Source: Paraglomus brasilianum (Eukaryota). Taken from it: a DNA stretch of 64,000 nt. Positions 37,996-49,266 of this stretch are shown here, one piece after another (the stretch's first letter is position 1; each line of letters opens with the position of its first letter). The notes beneath the pieces were generated by a model. That model was not told the DNA's origin. It saw nothing but the letters and a program-made list of their open reading frames with translations, and made no database searches. The stretch lies in contig CAJVPI010000048.1 of the NCBI GenBank assembly GCA_910592345.1, positions 1 to 64,000 of the forward strand, read 5' to 3'. A program made the translations under genes and the position numbers.

Positions 37996-39432
37996 ATGAA
38001 TAAAAACATAGAAAACCAAAAAATAAAAGTAAATAATGGACAAGAATTAATACAAAAAGCCCGAGAATATAAAAATTCGGGTGGAGAATGGAAGTTGCGA
38101 GAAAATTATTTTCAACTTCCAAGCAAAAATAATGAAAAAAGTGAATACGCCAAGTGAGGAATTGTGGTTGGCAATGGTCAACAAGAAGTAGAAATATATT
38201 CAGAAAACAACGAGATGTTAAGAGGAAAAAAAACTGAGAATGATTGCCTTGTTAATTTAATAGAAAGAGCAAGTTCATTGAAAGAACTAAGACGAGTTTT
38301 CCCCGAAATCGGCCAATTTCCCTTTTTATCTTCTGCTAATATTAGTGAAAGGTTAGACGCTACAAGTTATAAAAAAGTAAAAAGAGAAGACGGAGAACAT
38401 GAATTATACCGCCTTTTGGTAGCTGAAAACTCTTGGCACTTAACGCAAATATTAGGCCATTATGTTCGAGAAAATGAAAGCAAAATCTATCAATCTTCTA
38501 ACCCTCATTTTTCTGGTTGAGTAGAAATAATTGACGGTCAAGACGGAAATATGTATCTTTATGTTGGTGAAAAAAACAACAATAGTGGACGAGAAATTAA
38601 AATCGGCATTGAAAAAAATGAGTATGAAAATAGTGGCGGATCAAAATACGATAATCCTCACGAACGATTGGAAGGTCTTTGAAATCTTTTCACTATTAAC
38701 CGACCATTAAATTCAAATGAAAAAGAAAAATGTTATCGAAGTTTAGAAAAAATGTTTCAAGAGCAATGGCCACACCGCGAAAGACTTTGCCGAGGGTATT
38801 GAGAAAGCGTGCTTGAAAGAATGGAGGAAAAAGCGAATTATTGAAATGAAAAAGCTCAACAAGCGGAACGCCTTGGTAAGGAGGAAAACAGAAATTTCAC
38901 TCTCGCCGAAGCCCGTGCTGAAGTAATTAGAAAAGAATTAGATGAAAATAAAAACATTAAATTTTGTTCTGATAAATGCCAGCATTATTTATCAAAAAAA
39001 GCTCCGAATGAACCAGTGCAGGAACAGAATTCTCCAACTCCAATTTCACCAAAAACCGGCGGAGCAGGAAAAGCAGCAAGTAATAAAAATAACCAAATTA
39101 GCGACACCGAAAAATCTCAAATTCTTCAATACTTTATTAATAAAAGCATTAAAAAAATTACTATAAACAATGGAAAGTTAGTAATTGAATATAATAACAG
39201 CACTACAAAAACCATAGAAAACAAAGACCAGCAATTACAAAAATATTATCAACTTATTCAAACCTTACCTAATCAATCCCTTTCTCTTTCTGAATTACAA
39301 GAGAATAAAACTAATAATCCCACTTCTACTCCCAACAGAGATAATACTGGAGTTTACGTTGGCTTAACTATCGGTGCCTTTATCTTGGGAGGAACATTTG
39401 TTTACTTCTTGGCTCGTAAAAAGAAAAAATAA
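37996..39432 (+). CDS. Tail-anchored hypothetical protein (478 aa)
   Basis: One code-4 frame; module IKKITINNGKLVIEYNN, then TM and RKKKK. Confidence 0.8.
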
Positions 39433-39438
39433 TAATAT

Positions 39439-39930
39439 ATGGAGGTCGCTACCCGAAAAGAAAACGAACAATTACAAAAAACTACTATTCCCTCACCGCG
39501 GACTGCTACCCGCCACTGATATTTTTTGGATTTAAAAGATAAAACAGGTGGAAGGGTTGCCCCTAAAATAGTAGAAATATTGCGGGGGAAAAACAAAAAA
39601 GATTTTATGCCTAATTCAGACTCAGGGGATTATGTGGTTTTAGTGAATGCTAAACACATTAACTTTACTGGAAATAATAAATTAGATAATGAGTTTTATT
39701 ATAATCATTCAAGTTATCCTGGTGGACTACGAAAAAGAAGCACCCGTTTAATGTTAGAGGAGTATCCCCAAGAGTTAATTTTTCGGATTATCAAAGGGAT
39801 GATGCCCCATACTAAATTAGGGGATAAACAATTAAAAAGGTTATTCGTTTTTGCTGATGAAAAACTAATGAGAAGGAATAAAATTATTTTAGAAGCCCAA
39901 AAAAAAGATTTTATTAAAATAGAATTATAG
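39439..39930 (+). CDS. rplM: 50S ribosomal protein L13
   Basis: RHWYFLD, LRGKNK, DSGDYVVLVNA, HSSYPGGL, IKGMMPH. Confidence 0.95.
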
Positions 39931-39955
39931 ATAAATCTATTATATAATTAACATT

Positions 39956-41473
39956 ATGACAAGAACAGAAGCAAGAATTATAACTTACATAAGTTCAAAA
40001 AAACAAGACATAATAGCAAACAATGATAACTTTTCTTTCGATGTTTTACCTTTTTGTTTTGAATGGAATGGAAAAAGAGGAGAAATTAACCGAATAGAAA
40101 TAATAAATGATGGAACCAGGCACAATAATGAAAAATCCGCAGGAAAAAATTATCAAAAATACCAACAATTTGCTCCAGATGCAACTCAAACTGATTCTTG
40201 GTCAAGCGGTCAAATAAGTATTTCTTTCAGTGAGCCAGTAGCCAAAGCCGAGATAAAAGGACAAACTCTCATTATTGACGGGAACCATTGAGTAGACATG
40301 TGGAAAGGTATCTATATTAACTATTTTGAGTTAACGGAAATAGACGAGGATTATAGAAAGTGAGAAGATTGCAAACTTAGGCTGAAAATTAAAGAAAGAA
40401 AGATAATCAATAACAGCAATGTTTTTTTTGCTCCTACTATTAATGAATTAATAATTAATTTTGGAACTACGGGAGCAGGGATGCATGAATATGCTTCCAA
40501 ATTACAAGTTGGGAAAAAGTATTGTTTCAATGGAAGTAATTTAGAAAATACCAAGATTTTGGTCGCTAGGAATGGCGATAAAAAATTAGATATAAACAAT
40601 TCTGCTGATAATATTCCAGAAATAAGAGTTTTCAAAGAAGAACCCGAAATAATTACCCATGGACCAGTAACACCGAAAAAGCCACTTTCTTCCACAATCA
40701 AAGAAAAAATACTTCGTAATTTAGATAAAATAAGTTTCGACCAAGCCGGACATTTGGCTAATGCTGAGTTACTAAGAGACCCTCAAAATGAATATGGAAC
40801 TCAACAAAAAGAAAGCAAAGGAGTTTATCAAATAAAAATTGACAATGAAGAAATAAATCTACGAGATTTTGACAGGCTTGAGAATGAAAAGAGTTGGTTT
40901 GAAATTAGAAACGCCATAGTCAGTAGCATTAAACAAAATATTTCAGATTGGGAAATTAAAAAAGATAAATATAATGTTGAGTGTTTGGAAAACAAAAAAA
41001 ATGGAGTTAAAGTTTGAAAAGTTGCTTTTTGTGGACTAGTATTTGAAAATGGAGAGCAAGATTGAGCCGAAATTGAAGCATTATTAAAAGGTTCGAAATC
41101 TCCTATTAACAAAGAGAAAACAACAACAAATGATCTTGAATTAGAATGATTAAAAAACATTTTCCAAGAATTAAAGATTAGAAAAATAACTTTCGAAAAT
41201 GGCAGATTAACTATTGAATTTAATAATTCTCAAACTACTTCTTTTGCAAACAGCGATATTAAAAAATACAATATTTTAAAAAATTATTGCCAAAATCATG
41301 ACCAAAAAGAAATCACTCGCCAAAGTTTAAATTTAGAGGAGGAAAGTGATACCTCTGCTAACCCTAATCAAAATAAAAACAACAACCAACTTGCTATTGG
41401 TATTGCCATCGGTGCTAGTGTGGTGGTTCTAGTAGGAATATTTGTTTACTTGATTAGAAAAAAAGAAAAATAA
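39956..41473 (+). CDS. Tail-anchored hypothetical protein inserted between rplM and rpsI (505 aa)
   Basis: One code-4 frame; module IRKITFENGRLTIEFNN...KNYCQ, then TM and RKKEK. Confidence 0.8.
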
Positions 41474-41477
41474 ATTA

Positions 41478-41891
41478 ATGAATAGCAATAATTACTATAT
41501 TGGTGTAGGACGTCGTAAAGAAGCCACGGCTCGCGTTTATTTAAAAGAAGGAAAAGGACAAGCCCAAGTCCGAACTAATGACGGAAAGGAAAAGGATCTT
41601 AAAGATTATTTTTACATGGAACCTTCCCTCTGTGAGAATATTTATCAGCCTCTTAAATTATTTAATAAAGAAAACGATTATGACTTTTTTGTGCGGGTAA
41701 AAGGAAGTGGCTTTCATAGCCAGGCCGAAGCCATTAGATTAGGTATTGCCCGGGCTTTATTAAAAATTTCACCCGAATATAAAACGACTTTGAAAAGTTT
41801 TTCATTACTAACGCGGGATGCTCGTCGAGTAGAAAGAAAAAAAATTGGTTTAAAGAAAAGTCGCAAGGGACCTCGATTCTCCAAGCGTTAA
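41478..41891 (+). CDS. rpsI: 30S ribosomal protein S9
   Basis: GRRKEATARV, QAEAIRLGIARAL, LTRDARRVERKK, FSKR. Confidence 0.96.
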   Translation: MNSNNYYIGVGRRKEATARVYLKEGKGQAQVRTNDGKEKDLKDYFYMEPSLCENIYQPLKLFNKENDYDFFVRVKGSGFHSQAEAIRLGIARALLKISPEYKTTLKSFSLLTRDARRVERKKIGLKKSRKGPRFSKR

Positions 41892-42644
41892 ATGCTAAAA
41901 TATTTTCTGAATATTAAACAGAGTGGTAGAACTAAAAGGGATAATGAGCGAACTTTTGATTTAGAAACTTCGTTGCTTTTTCCTTCTACATTACCCAAAG
42001 TAAGTTTATCATTATCAGCAAACAGGGAAAAGTTTTGGCTGTCGTCAGGAATACATAAATTTCAATAGTACTGAAAGGTGTTACCCGCTCTCCCCTTGCC
42101 ATGAGCATTACGAAAAAAATCACTTTCCTGTTGGCTAGTTTTTATTTCTAAATGTTTGAATTCTTTTTCACCACCCAAAGCAGAAGGAAAAATTTATTTG
42201 GAACTTTACAATTTCCCTCATTCTACTCTCACCATAAAGCCCCAGGAAATTACTTGAAACAAGGACAATCTTATTCGAGTAAAAATAGAGCCAGTTAAAA
42301 TTCGTGAAGGATTAGAAATTAGGCAAATAGAATTAAAAGGTGAAGAATTTGGCAAGAAGAACAAAGATTATCAAGATTTAATTCTTAATGCTATTAGCAA
42401 AAAGGAAGAGTTGAAAATTAATTTCCGTTCTGATAACAATGCCTATTTTCGTAAGTCAACTTCACTTCAAGGCGAAACGCTCGTCATTTTACCCGACAGT
42501 TTACAAGAAAATTTATTAACACAAAATAATTCTTCTCCAACCTCCAAAAAGCCTCTTTATTTTTTTCTGGCAGGAGTTCTAATTCTCGCTTTTCTCTTTT
42601 TAGTTTTCTGGCTGATTAAACGCCGCAAACTCCATAAAAAATAA
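41892..42644 (+). pseudogene. Tail-anchored protein gene interrupted by an internal 194-bp inversion (250 aa when flipped)
   Basis: In-frame TAG at 42066-42068 as assembled. Reverse-complementing 41988-42181 gives an uninterrupted frame ending in TM and KRRKLHKK. Confidence 0.75.
41977..42192. repeat. 11-bp perfect inverted repeats flanking the invertible segment
   Basis: TTTTTCCTTCT (41977-41987) and AGAAGGAAAAA (42182-42192); 14 of 16 match when extended inward. Confidence 0.8.
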
Positions 42645-42646
42645 TT

Positions 42647-43333
42647 ATGGCAGGTCATTCTCACTCAGCCAACATTAAACATCGTAAAGACCGGCAAGAT
42701 AGTGCCCGCAGTCAACTTTTTCTGAAAGTGCGAAGAAAAATAGAAAACATTATCCGAGAAGAGCACGAGGTTAACGAAAAATCTTTGAGTATTGCCCGGA
42801 AAAATAAATTTCCCAAAGAAAAAGTTTATCAGATTTGAGAAAAAATTAAAAGTGGAACGGAGAAAAGTCATTCTGAACGGACTTTTTATCAAGCCCCCTT
42901 TGGTATTTTTATTTACCTCGAGGGCGATAATACTAATATTGAAGGTGAATCCCGAGAATTAAAATTAAAAAAAATGCCACTTTCTTCTTTACCGAGTTAT
43001 TTTCAATTATTTTATAGTTTAAAATTGGAATTAGAGGAAGAAGAAAATTACAATTTGGAAGAATATTTATTAACTTATTTTCCAGTTGAGGTTTTAGAAA
43101 AAATGAATTATAGTGAAAAAAGTGTAGAAGTTATTTCTAATGATAAGCAAATAATAGAGAGAATAAAAGACATTAACAAACAAAACGAATTAAAATTAAA
43201 AACAAAGGAAGAAAAAACTTTTTGGAAAGCATTAGTTTATCAGAAATTATTTGAAAAAGAAGCAATAAACTACTGGACAGAATTAGAAAAAAAACTTACT
43301 GGAGGTAAATTTTATATTAATATTGAAAGATAA
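42647..43333 (+). CDS. yebC: YebC/PmpR family protein, divergent
   Basis: MAGHSHSANIKHRK N-terminus; YQAPFG matches the YEGYGPGG position. Confidence 0.8.
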
Positions 43334-43335
43334 CT

Positions 43336-45279
43336 CTATTTAATAGCCTCATATAAATGTCTTTCCAGCTTTTTTATCTTAATTCCATTTAAGAAATTAA
43401 AATCTAAACAATTATCTCAATTAAGTTTTTCACTATCAATATTAAAAGTTGCCAAAATCTTTTCGCTTGTTTCTGGCATAATACAGTTGAGAAGAAAAGC
43501 AATAATTTTTATTCCATTAGACAAGTAATTAAGAGTGGAATGTAAAAGAGTTATCTCGCCTTTTTTGGCAAGTTCTCAGGGAGCGAAGTCAGTGATTAAT
43601 TTGTTGCTGTAATCAAGAAGATTTTGAATGTGAAAAAAAGCATTAGTTAGTTCATATTGGTTCATTTTTTTTTGAAATTCCTCTATTGTTAATTCACATT
43701 CGTGGTGATAATTTTCTAATTTTTCGTTTTTTTCAAATTCAGGGATAATTCCATCATTATATAAGTAAATCATTTTATTTACTCGAGAAACTAAATTACT
43801 TAAATTGTTAACTAAAAAACTTTGATAGAAATTTCTTAACAATTCTTCTGAACAAATTCCATCTTGTAAAAAGTTAATTTTCGCTACAGAATAGGCTCTT
43901 ATTAAATCAGGAGGATATTTTTTTAATAATTCTAGGGGGTCAATAACATTGCCTTTACTTTTACTAGATTTTTCTCCCTCGGGGTCTACTAGTCAACCAT
44001 GAACCAGTATTTTATTAGGCAAGCGAGCCCCCAAAAGTTTTAGAATAATCGGTCAGTAAATCGCATGAAAACGAGTTATTTCTTTACCAATTACTTGTAC
44101 AATTTCCCAAGACTTTTTTTCTTTTTTAGTGCCGGTTAACTTTTCCAGCACATATTCCACTCCCCTGTCAGGTTTTTGATTGATAATTTGTTGTATTTCG
44201 GGGATTGTCAAAAATTTAATTTCTCCTATTGTTTCTTTTTCTTGGTCTTTGATTTCAATTGTGCCAGAATATTTTTGGATTTGATAAAAATAACCTTTTC
44301 ACCAAATATTATTAACATAAAAAGTTTCTTCGCCAATTTTTTCTAAATCCGTAATTGTTAAATTAGTTTCTTCCCATATTTCTCTTTTGGCTGCGGTCTC
44401 TGGAGTTTCTCCCTTCTCCAATTTTCCACCCGGAAATACTCACCTATCTCTTTTTTTATTATAGACCAAAAGATACTGATTTTTTTGATTAGCAACAGCT
44501 ACACAAGCAAACTCTTTGACTTTGCTATCGCTAGGTGCTTCCGGGAAGAAAAAATATTCTCCAACTGGGGAATTAAGATAATTAAGTAGTGCTTCAAATC
44601 AAACATAAATAACCATTTCTGACTCACCAGGAACCGAAACACCTCACTTCAAATCTTGCCGAGTTATACATAAATCCGGAATGTCATTTTTTAAAAAATT
44701 TTCAAATAGTTCTTTTTTAGCATTAGTAGGTAAAAGAAAATCCGGATTTTTGGTGTAATATTCTATTAATCAAGAGCGATATTTGCTTACGCGGAGAAAA
44801 TAAGCTGGTTCTTCAATCTCACGAAGTTCGGAATGAAAAAAAGGACAAGTTTTTTCCTTGGTTATCTTGCCTTCACTAATATAATCTTCACAAGTAATAC
44901 AATAACTACCTTTATATTTTCCTAAGTAAATGTCTCCTTGTTCTAAAAGTTTAGTAAAAATTTTTTGGACTTTTTCTTTGTGGTGAGGAGAAGAGGTGCG
45001 ATAAAAAATGTGTTCAGAAATATTTAATTCTTTTCATAGTTTTTGGAAAAGAGAAACATTTTTATCAACTAATTGCTGAGGAGTTAAGCCCAAAGAAAGG
45101 GCTTTTTTCTCAATTTTTTCCCCATGCTCGTCGCTTCCAGTTTGAAAATAAACTCGATAACCTTGACTTTTTTTATAGCGAGCAATAATATCAGTCATTA
45201 TCATTGTGTAAGCATGACCTAAATGTAAGCGGTCGTTCGGGTAGAAAATAGGTGTGGTAATGTAAAAAGATTTTGGCAT
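43336..45279 (-). CDS. metG: Methionine--tRNA ligase with inserted Nudix hydrolase domain (647 aa)
   Basis: [54 protein letters not shown]; Nudix box in frame between the third and fourth motifs. Confidence 0.94.
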
Positions 45280-45322
45280 GTATTATTAAGTATTTTTAAG
45301 AGTAAAATAAAACTATACTCTA

Positions 45323-46003
45323 GTGCTTAAAAAAACAAAAAAAATAGTTCTAATTTCTCTCGTTTTTTTCTTACATTTGTTGGGAATTATAGTGGCCTTT
45401 TTTCGAACTGACATTCCTTTCCATTATCATCTTCTTCGCTTTTTTTCTTGGTGGTCGGTTCATACTTCAATTTTAACTGTCTTAGCGGCGGTTATGATAT
45501 TTAGAGAAAGAAAAAAAGTTTCTTCCTATTTCTCGCAATTTATTACTTTTTTAGCCACAATGTATAATTTAATTACTTTTGCCTTTTGAGTCTATTGTTT
45601 GTTTTTCCTGAGTGTAGGATGAGAAAAATCATTATTGTTAAATTGTCAGTCATTTTCTTGACACTTCATTGCTCCGCTTTTAACCCTTTTTTATTTTTAT
45701 TTTTATGCTCAGATAGATAAATTAAGAAAAAAAATAATAAAGACTTTGTTGTTTTCTTTTATCGCCCCAGTTTTTTACTTTTTTTATGTCTGAATTTTGG
45801 CCAAACTTAATGTTGGAGAGACTAGCAGTTTATTTCCCCATTTAGAAAAGTATCCTTATTTCATTTTTGAATGAATAGCCGAAAGAAAGTGAAAGTGATT
45901 TATCATTAATTTTTTAATTGCCTTTTTTACTTTTATTTCTCTTTGCTCATTAATAATCTGAACAAAGTTGGTTTATGACAAAAAGGTTAAAAAATTAGTT
46001 TAA
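45323..46003 (+). CDS. Multi-pass membrane protein, Pr6Pr/FAR-17a/AIG1-like (226 aa)
   Basis: About 6 TMs with FFSWWSVHT, WHFIAP and KYPYF motifs. Confidence 0.65.
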
Positions 46004-46004
46004 T

Positions 46005-47456
46005 ATGGAAATGTCCTTAGAAGATTTAAGAAGAAAAAAACTGGTCGATTTGTCATCAAGCCCTTTTCAGCAAACCAAATTCATTAGAACTAATAGTGTT
46101 GGAGAAATTGTTCAATTATTTTCTCAATTCAACAAGGAAGAATTAGTGAAAAAAAGTCAAAAAGCCAGTATTGCGGGAAGAATATTGAGAATAAGGAGTT
46201 TTGGCAATTTAGTTTTTGCTAATTTAGCCGACCAAACAGGGACTATTCAATTAAAAATTAGCAAAAATAAGGAGTTTGCTGAATTAGACATTGGTGATAT
46301 CATTGGTATAAAAGGGATTATTTGTAAAACTGATAAAGGAGAATTGAGTGTAGAAGTCAAAGAATTCACTTTATTAAGTAAATGTTTAAAGCCTCTTCCC
46401 GATATTCATTATGGATTTAATGATACCGAAGAAAGATTTCGCAAGCGCTATTTGGATTTTACTATTAACTCTGAAAAAAGAGATATTTTAATTACTCGCC
46501 ATAAAGTAATCCAAAATATTCGCCAGTTTTTAGAAAAAAAGGAGTTTATTGAAATTGAAACGCCCATTTTGGTTTCTGAAGCCTCCGGAGCCCAAGCTAA
46601 ACCTTTTATTACTCATCACAATAAATTACATAGAGATTTTTACTTACGCATTGCTACCGAAATACCCTTAAAAAAATTGCTAGTTGGTGGATTTGAGAAA
46701 GTTTACGAAATTGGCCGCATATTTCGGAATGAGGGGATAGATGCTCGCCATAATCCAGAATTTACTACTATTGAAGTTTATCAGGCTTATGAAAATGCTG
46801 AATATATGATGAGCTTAACCGAGAAGATATTTCATTATTTAGCCCAAGAAATTCTTAAAAAGGAGGAGGTTGAATTTAATTCTCATGTCATTGGTTTTAA
46901 AAACTCTTTCCGTAAACTGTCAATGGAAGAAGCAATCAAAGAATACACGAGTATAGATTTCAAAAAAATAAATAGTTTAGAAGAAGCCTTAGAATTAGCC
47001 CAAAAACATAACTTAAAATTAGAAAAATTTCAAAAAAGTATTGGACATGTTATTTTGGCCTTCTTTGAAGAACATGTGGAAAAAAAATTAATCCAACCGA
47101 CTTTTATTTATGATTATCCGATAGAAGTTTCGCCGTTAGCAAAGAGTAAAATCGATAGCCGAAATATTGCGGATAGATTTGAATTATATATTGGAGGATT
47201 AGAATTTGCTAACGGGTATAGTGAATTAAATGACCCTATCGAACAAAAAAAAAGATTTGAAGAACAAACTAAACAAAAAGAATTAGGTAATGAAGAAATT
47301 GCTAGTTTTGATAAAGAGTTTATTGAAGCGCTAGAATATGGCATGCCACCAGCCGGAGGATTGGGAATTGGGATAGATAGATTAATTATGCTATTCGCCA
47401 GTCAAAATAGTATTAAGGAGGTAATTGCCTTTCCGCAGTTAAAAAGCAAAATCTAA
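46005..47456 (+). CDS. lysS: Lysine--tRNA ligase (class II)
   Basis: RKRYLD, YLRIATE, FRNEGIDARHNPEFT, YGMPPAGGLGIGIDRL. Confidence 0.97.
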   Translation: MEMSLEDLRRKKLVDLSSSPFQQTKFIRTNSVGEIVQLFSQFNKEELVKKSQKASIAGRILRIRSFGNLVFANLADQTGTIQLKISKNKEFAELDIGDIIGIKGIICKTDKGELSVEVKEFTLLSKCLKPLPDIHYGFNDTEERFRKRYLDFTINSEKRDILITRHKVIQNIRQFLEKKEFIEIETPILVSEASGAQAKPFITHHNKLHRDFYLRIATEIPLKKLLVGGFEKVYEIGRIFRNEGIDARHNPEFTTIEVYQAYENAEYMMSLTEKIFHYLAQEILKKEEVEFNSHVIGFKNSFRKLSMEEAIKEYTSIDFKKINSLEEALELAQKHNLKLEKFQKSIGHVILAFFEEHVEKKLIQPTFIYDYPIEVSPLAKSKIDSRNIADRFELYIGGLEFANGYSELNDPIEQKKRFEEQTKQKELGNEEIASFDKEFIEALEYGMPPAGGLGIGIDRLIMLFASQNSIKEVIAFPQLKSKI

Positions 47457-47460
47457 CATT

Positions 47461-48343
47461 ATGAATATGAAGCAAAAGAAAAGCCTGACCCTTCTTCAGA
47501 AATTAAGAAAAGTAAAAATTGAAAGTGAAAAACTTGAAAAGTTCATTGAACGAGTTCTTAGCGAAGAAAAAAATATGGAAAAAGTTTTTTACTAACGAAG
47601 ATGAATATGCTGACTTTTTATTGAAGGATATAAAATTAGAATGAAAAATAAGGAGAGAAAACCAAGAAGATGCACTTTGACGCCTCATAAACGATAATAA
47701 AATCGCCATGGAAGAGGCTAAACAAGAATTAATTCATTTAGAAAAAAATAGCAATAAAGAAATAAGAAAAACATTTTTAAAGGGATTTGTTAGTGAAGAG
47801 GAAAAATCTTGGTGAATTAGAATGGAATAATCTTTAAAATTAGAAGTTTTGCTCGCAATTTTATTTGCTTTAAGATTTAAAAAGCATATAAAAGTTAACC
47901 CAAGATTTTTAAGTGATAATAATACTGGGTTACCAATTCATCATGCTCCTGCAAAGGAAAGTGACATAGAAATTAATTACAATAATGAGATGAATTTATT
48001 AGTAGAAGCTACATTGTTGAGAGACAAAGTAGGGCAGAAAAACAGTGAAACTAGTGCCATAATCAGACGTGCCCTAGATTTTCAAACTAAAACAAAATTA
48101 GTTACCTATGCTATTTTAGTAGCCCCTTATGTTCATAGGGATACATATTTATATTTCAAATGCTTGGTTCATAATGATATTGTTGATCTTGGAGAGTGTT
48201 ATGCTTTTCCATTAAGTATAAAAAGGTTTTTGGAATATTTTGTAGACGACACACAAAAGCCCTTTAAAGAGATATTAAAAGACAAGTTTGAGGCTTTTAA
48301 AAAGATTACTAAATTAGACGAGTTAGACAAATTTGTTAATTAG
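47461..48343 (+). pseudogene. Remnant of an AlwI-family-like type IIS restriction endonuclease (catalytic half)
   Basis: GLPIHHAPAKESDIE...LVEATL...Q...E PD-(D/E)xK-like core; in-frame TAA at 47828-47830 and a probable frame change near 47580; no methyltransferase beside it. Confidence 0.6.
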
Positions 48344-48419
48344 CACAAGGAGTGAGAAAGTGCTGCTCAAAACTTTTTACTTGTTAGGGATTATTAATAA
48401 AAATCTAGTATAGACTATT

Positions 48420-49022
48420 ATGCGCATTACCGATCCCATTTTTTTCATGGTTAGTGCTGATAAGTTGGCTCCTAAATTGCTTGGTAAGATACTGGTTCGG
48501 GACATTAATGGCAAAACCATCAAAGTTAAAATCGTCGAAACCGAAGCCTATATCGGAAAAATTGACCGAGCCTGTCATGCTCACTTAGAAAATAAATCAA
48601 GATGAAAATCTGCCGCCTTAAATAATCGTGGTGGCTGTGCTTACATTTACCTTATTTATAATACTTATTACTGTTTCAATATCGCCTCTTCTGTGGCTGG
48701 CGACCCGCAAGGGGTACTGATTCGTGCTGCTGAACCTCTGGAAAGTCATACTATTCCAGTCAGTTCCCACCAAGACGAAAGAAAAAAAATTCACTATTAC
48801 ACTAACGGACCAGGAAAATTATGCCGAGCACTTAATATTGATATCAGTCTCAACCATGTTGACTTAACCACTAGTGATTTAATTTACTTAGAAGACCAGC
48901 CCGAACTTAGCCAAGAGGAAATTATTATTACCAAAAGAGTAAATATTGATTATGCGGGAGATGACAAAGACCGCCTGTGAAGATTTTATATTAAAGATAA
49001 TCCTTTTGTTTCTCGAAAATAA
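48420..49022 (+). CDS. mpg: 3-methyladenine DNA glycosylase (AAG/MPG family)
   Basis: [46 protein letters not shown]. Confidence 0.92.
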
Positions 49023-49026
49023 AAAT

Positions 49027-49218
49027 ATGAAAATGTTTGAACTAATAAAAAAAATGATAACTAAATTTTATTTGCTGTCTCCTTGTCTTTATGCTTTTTT
49101 TAATTATTTTTTTGTCATTAATTCTGAACAAAGGTTCACTTTTATGGGTTGATGCTGATTAATAGTTTCAATAATATACTTTCTAATTGCCTTATATTTC
49201 ACTGTTATAAATTGGTAA
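49027..49218 (+). CDS. Small 2-TM protein (63 aa)
   Basis: Code-4 ORF filling the mpg-dnaE gap; resembles 52349-52594. Confidence 0.5.
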
Positions 49219-49266
49219 TCATTTTTTTTGTCTTTACAATAATTTCCAAAAAACTAATTAACTAGT

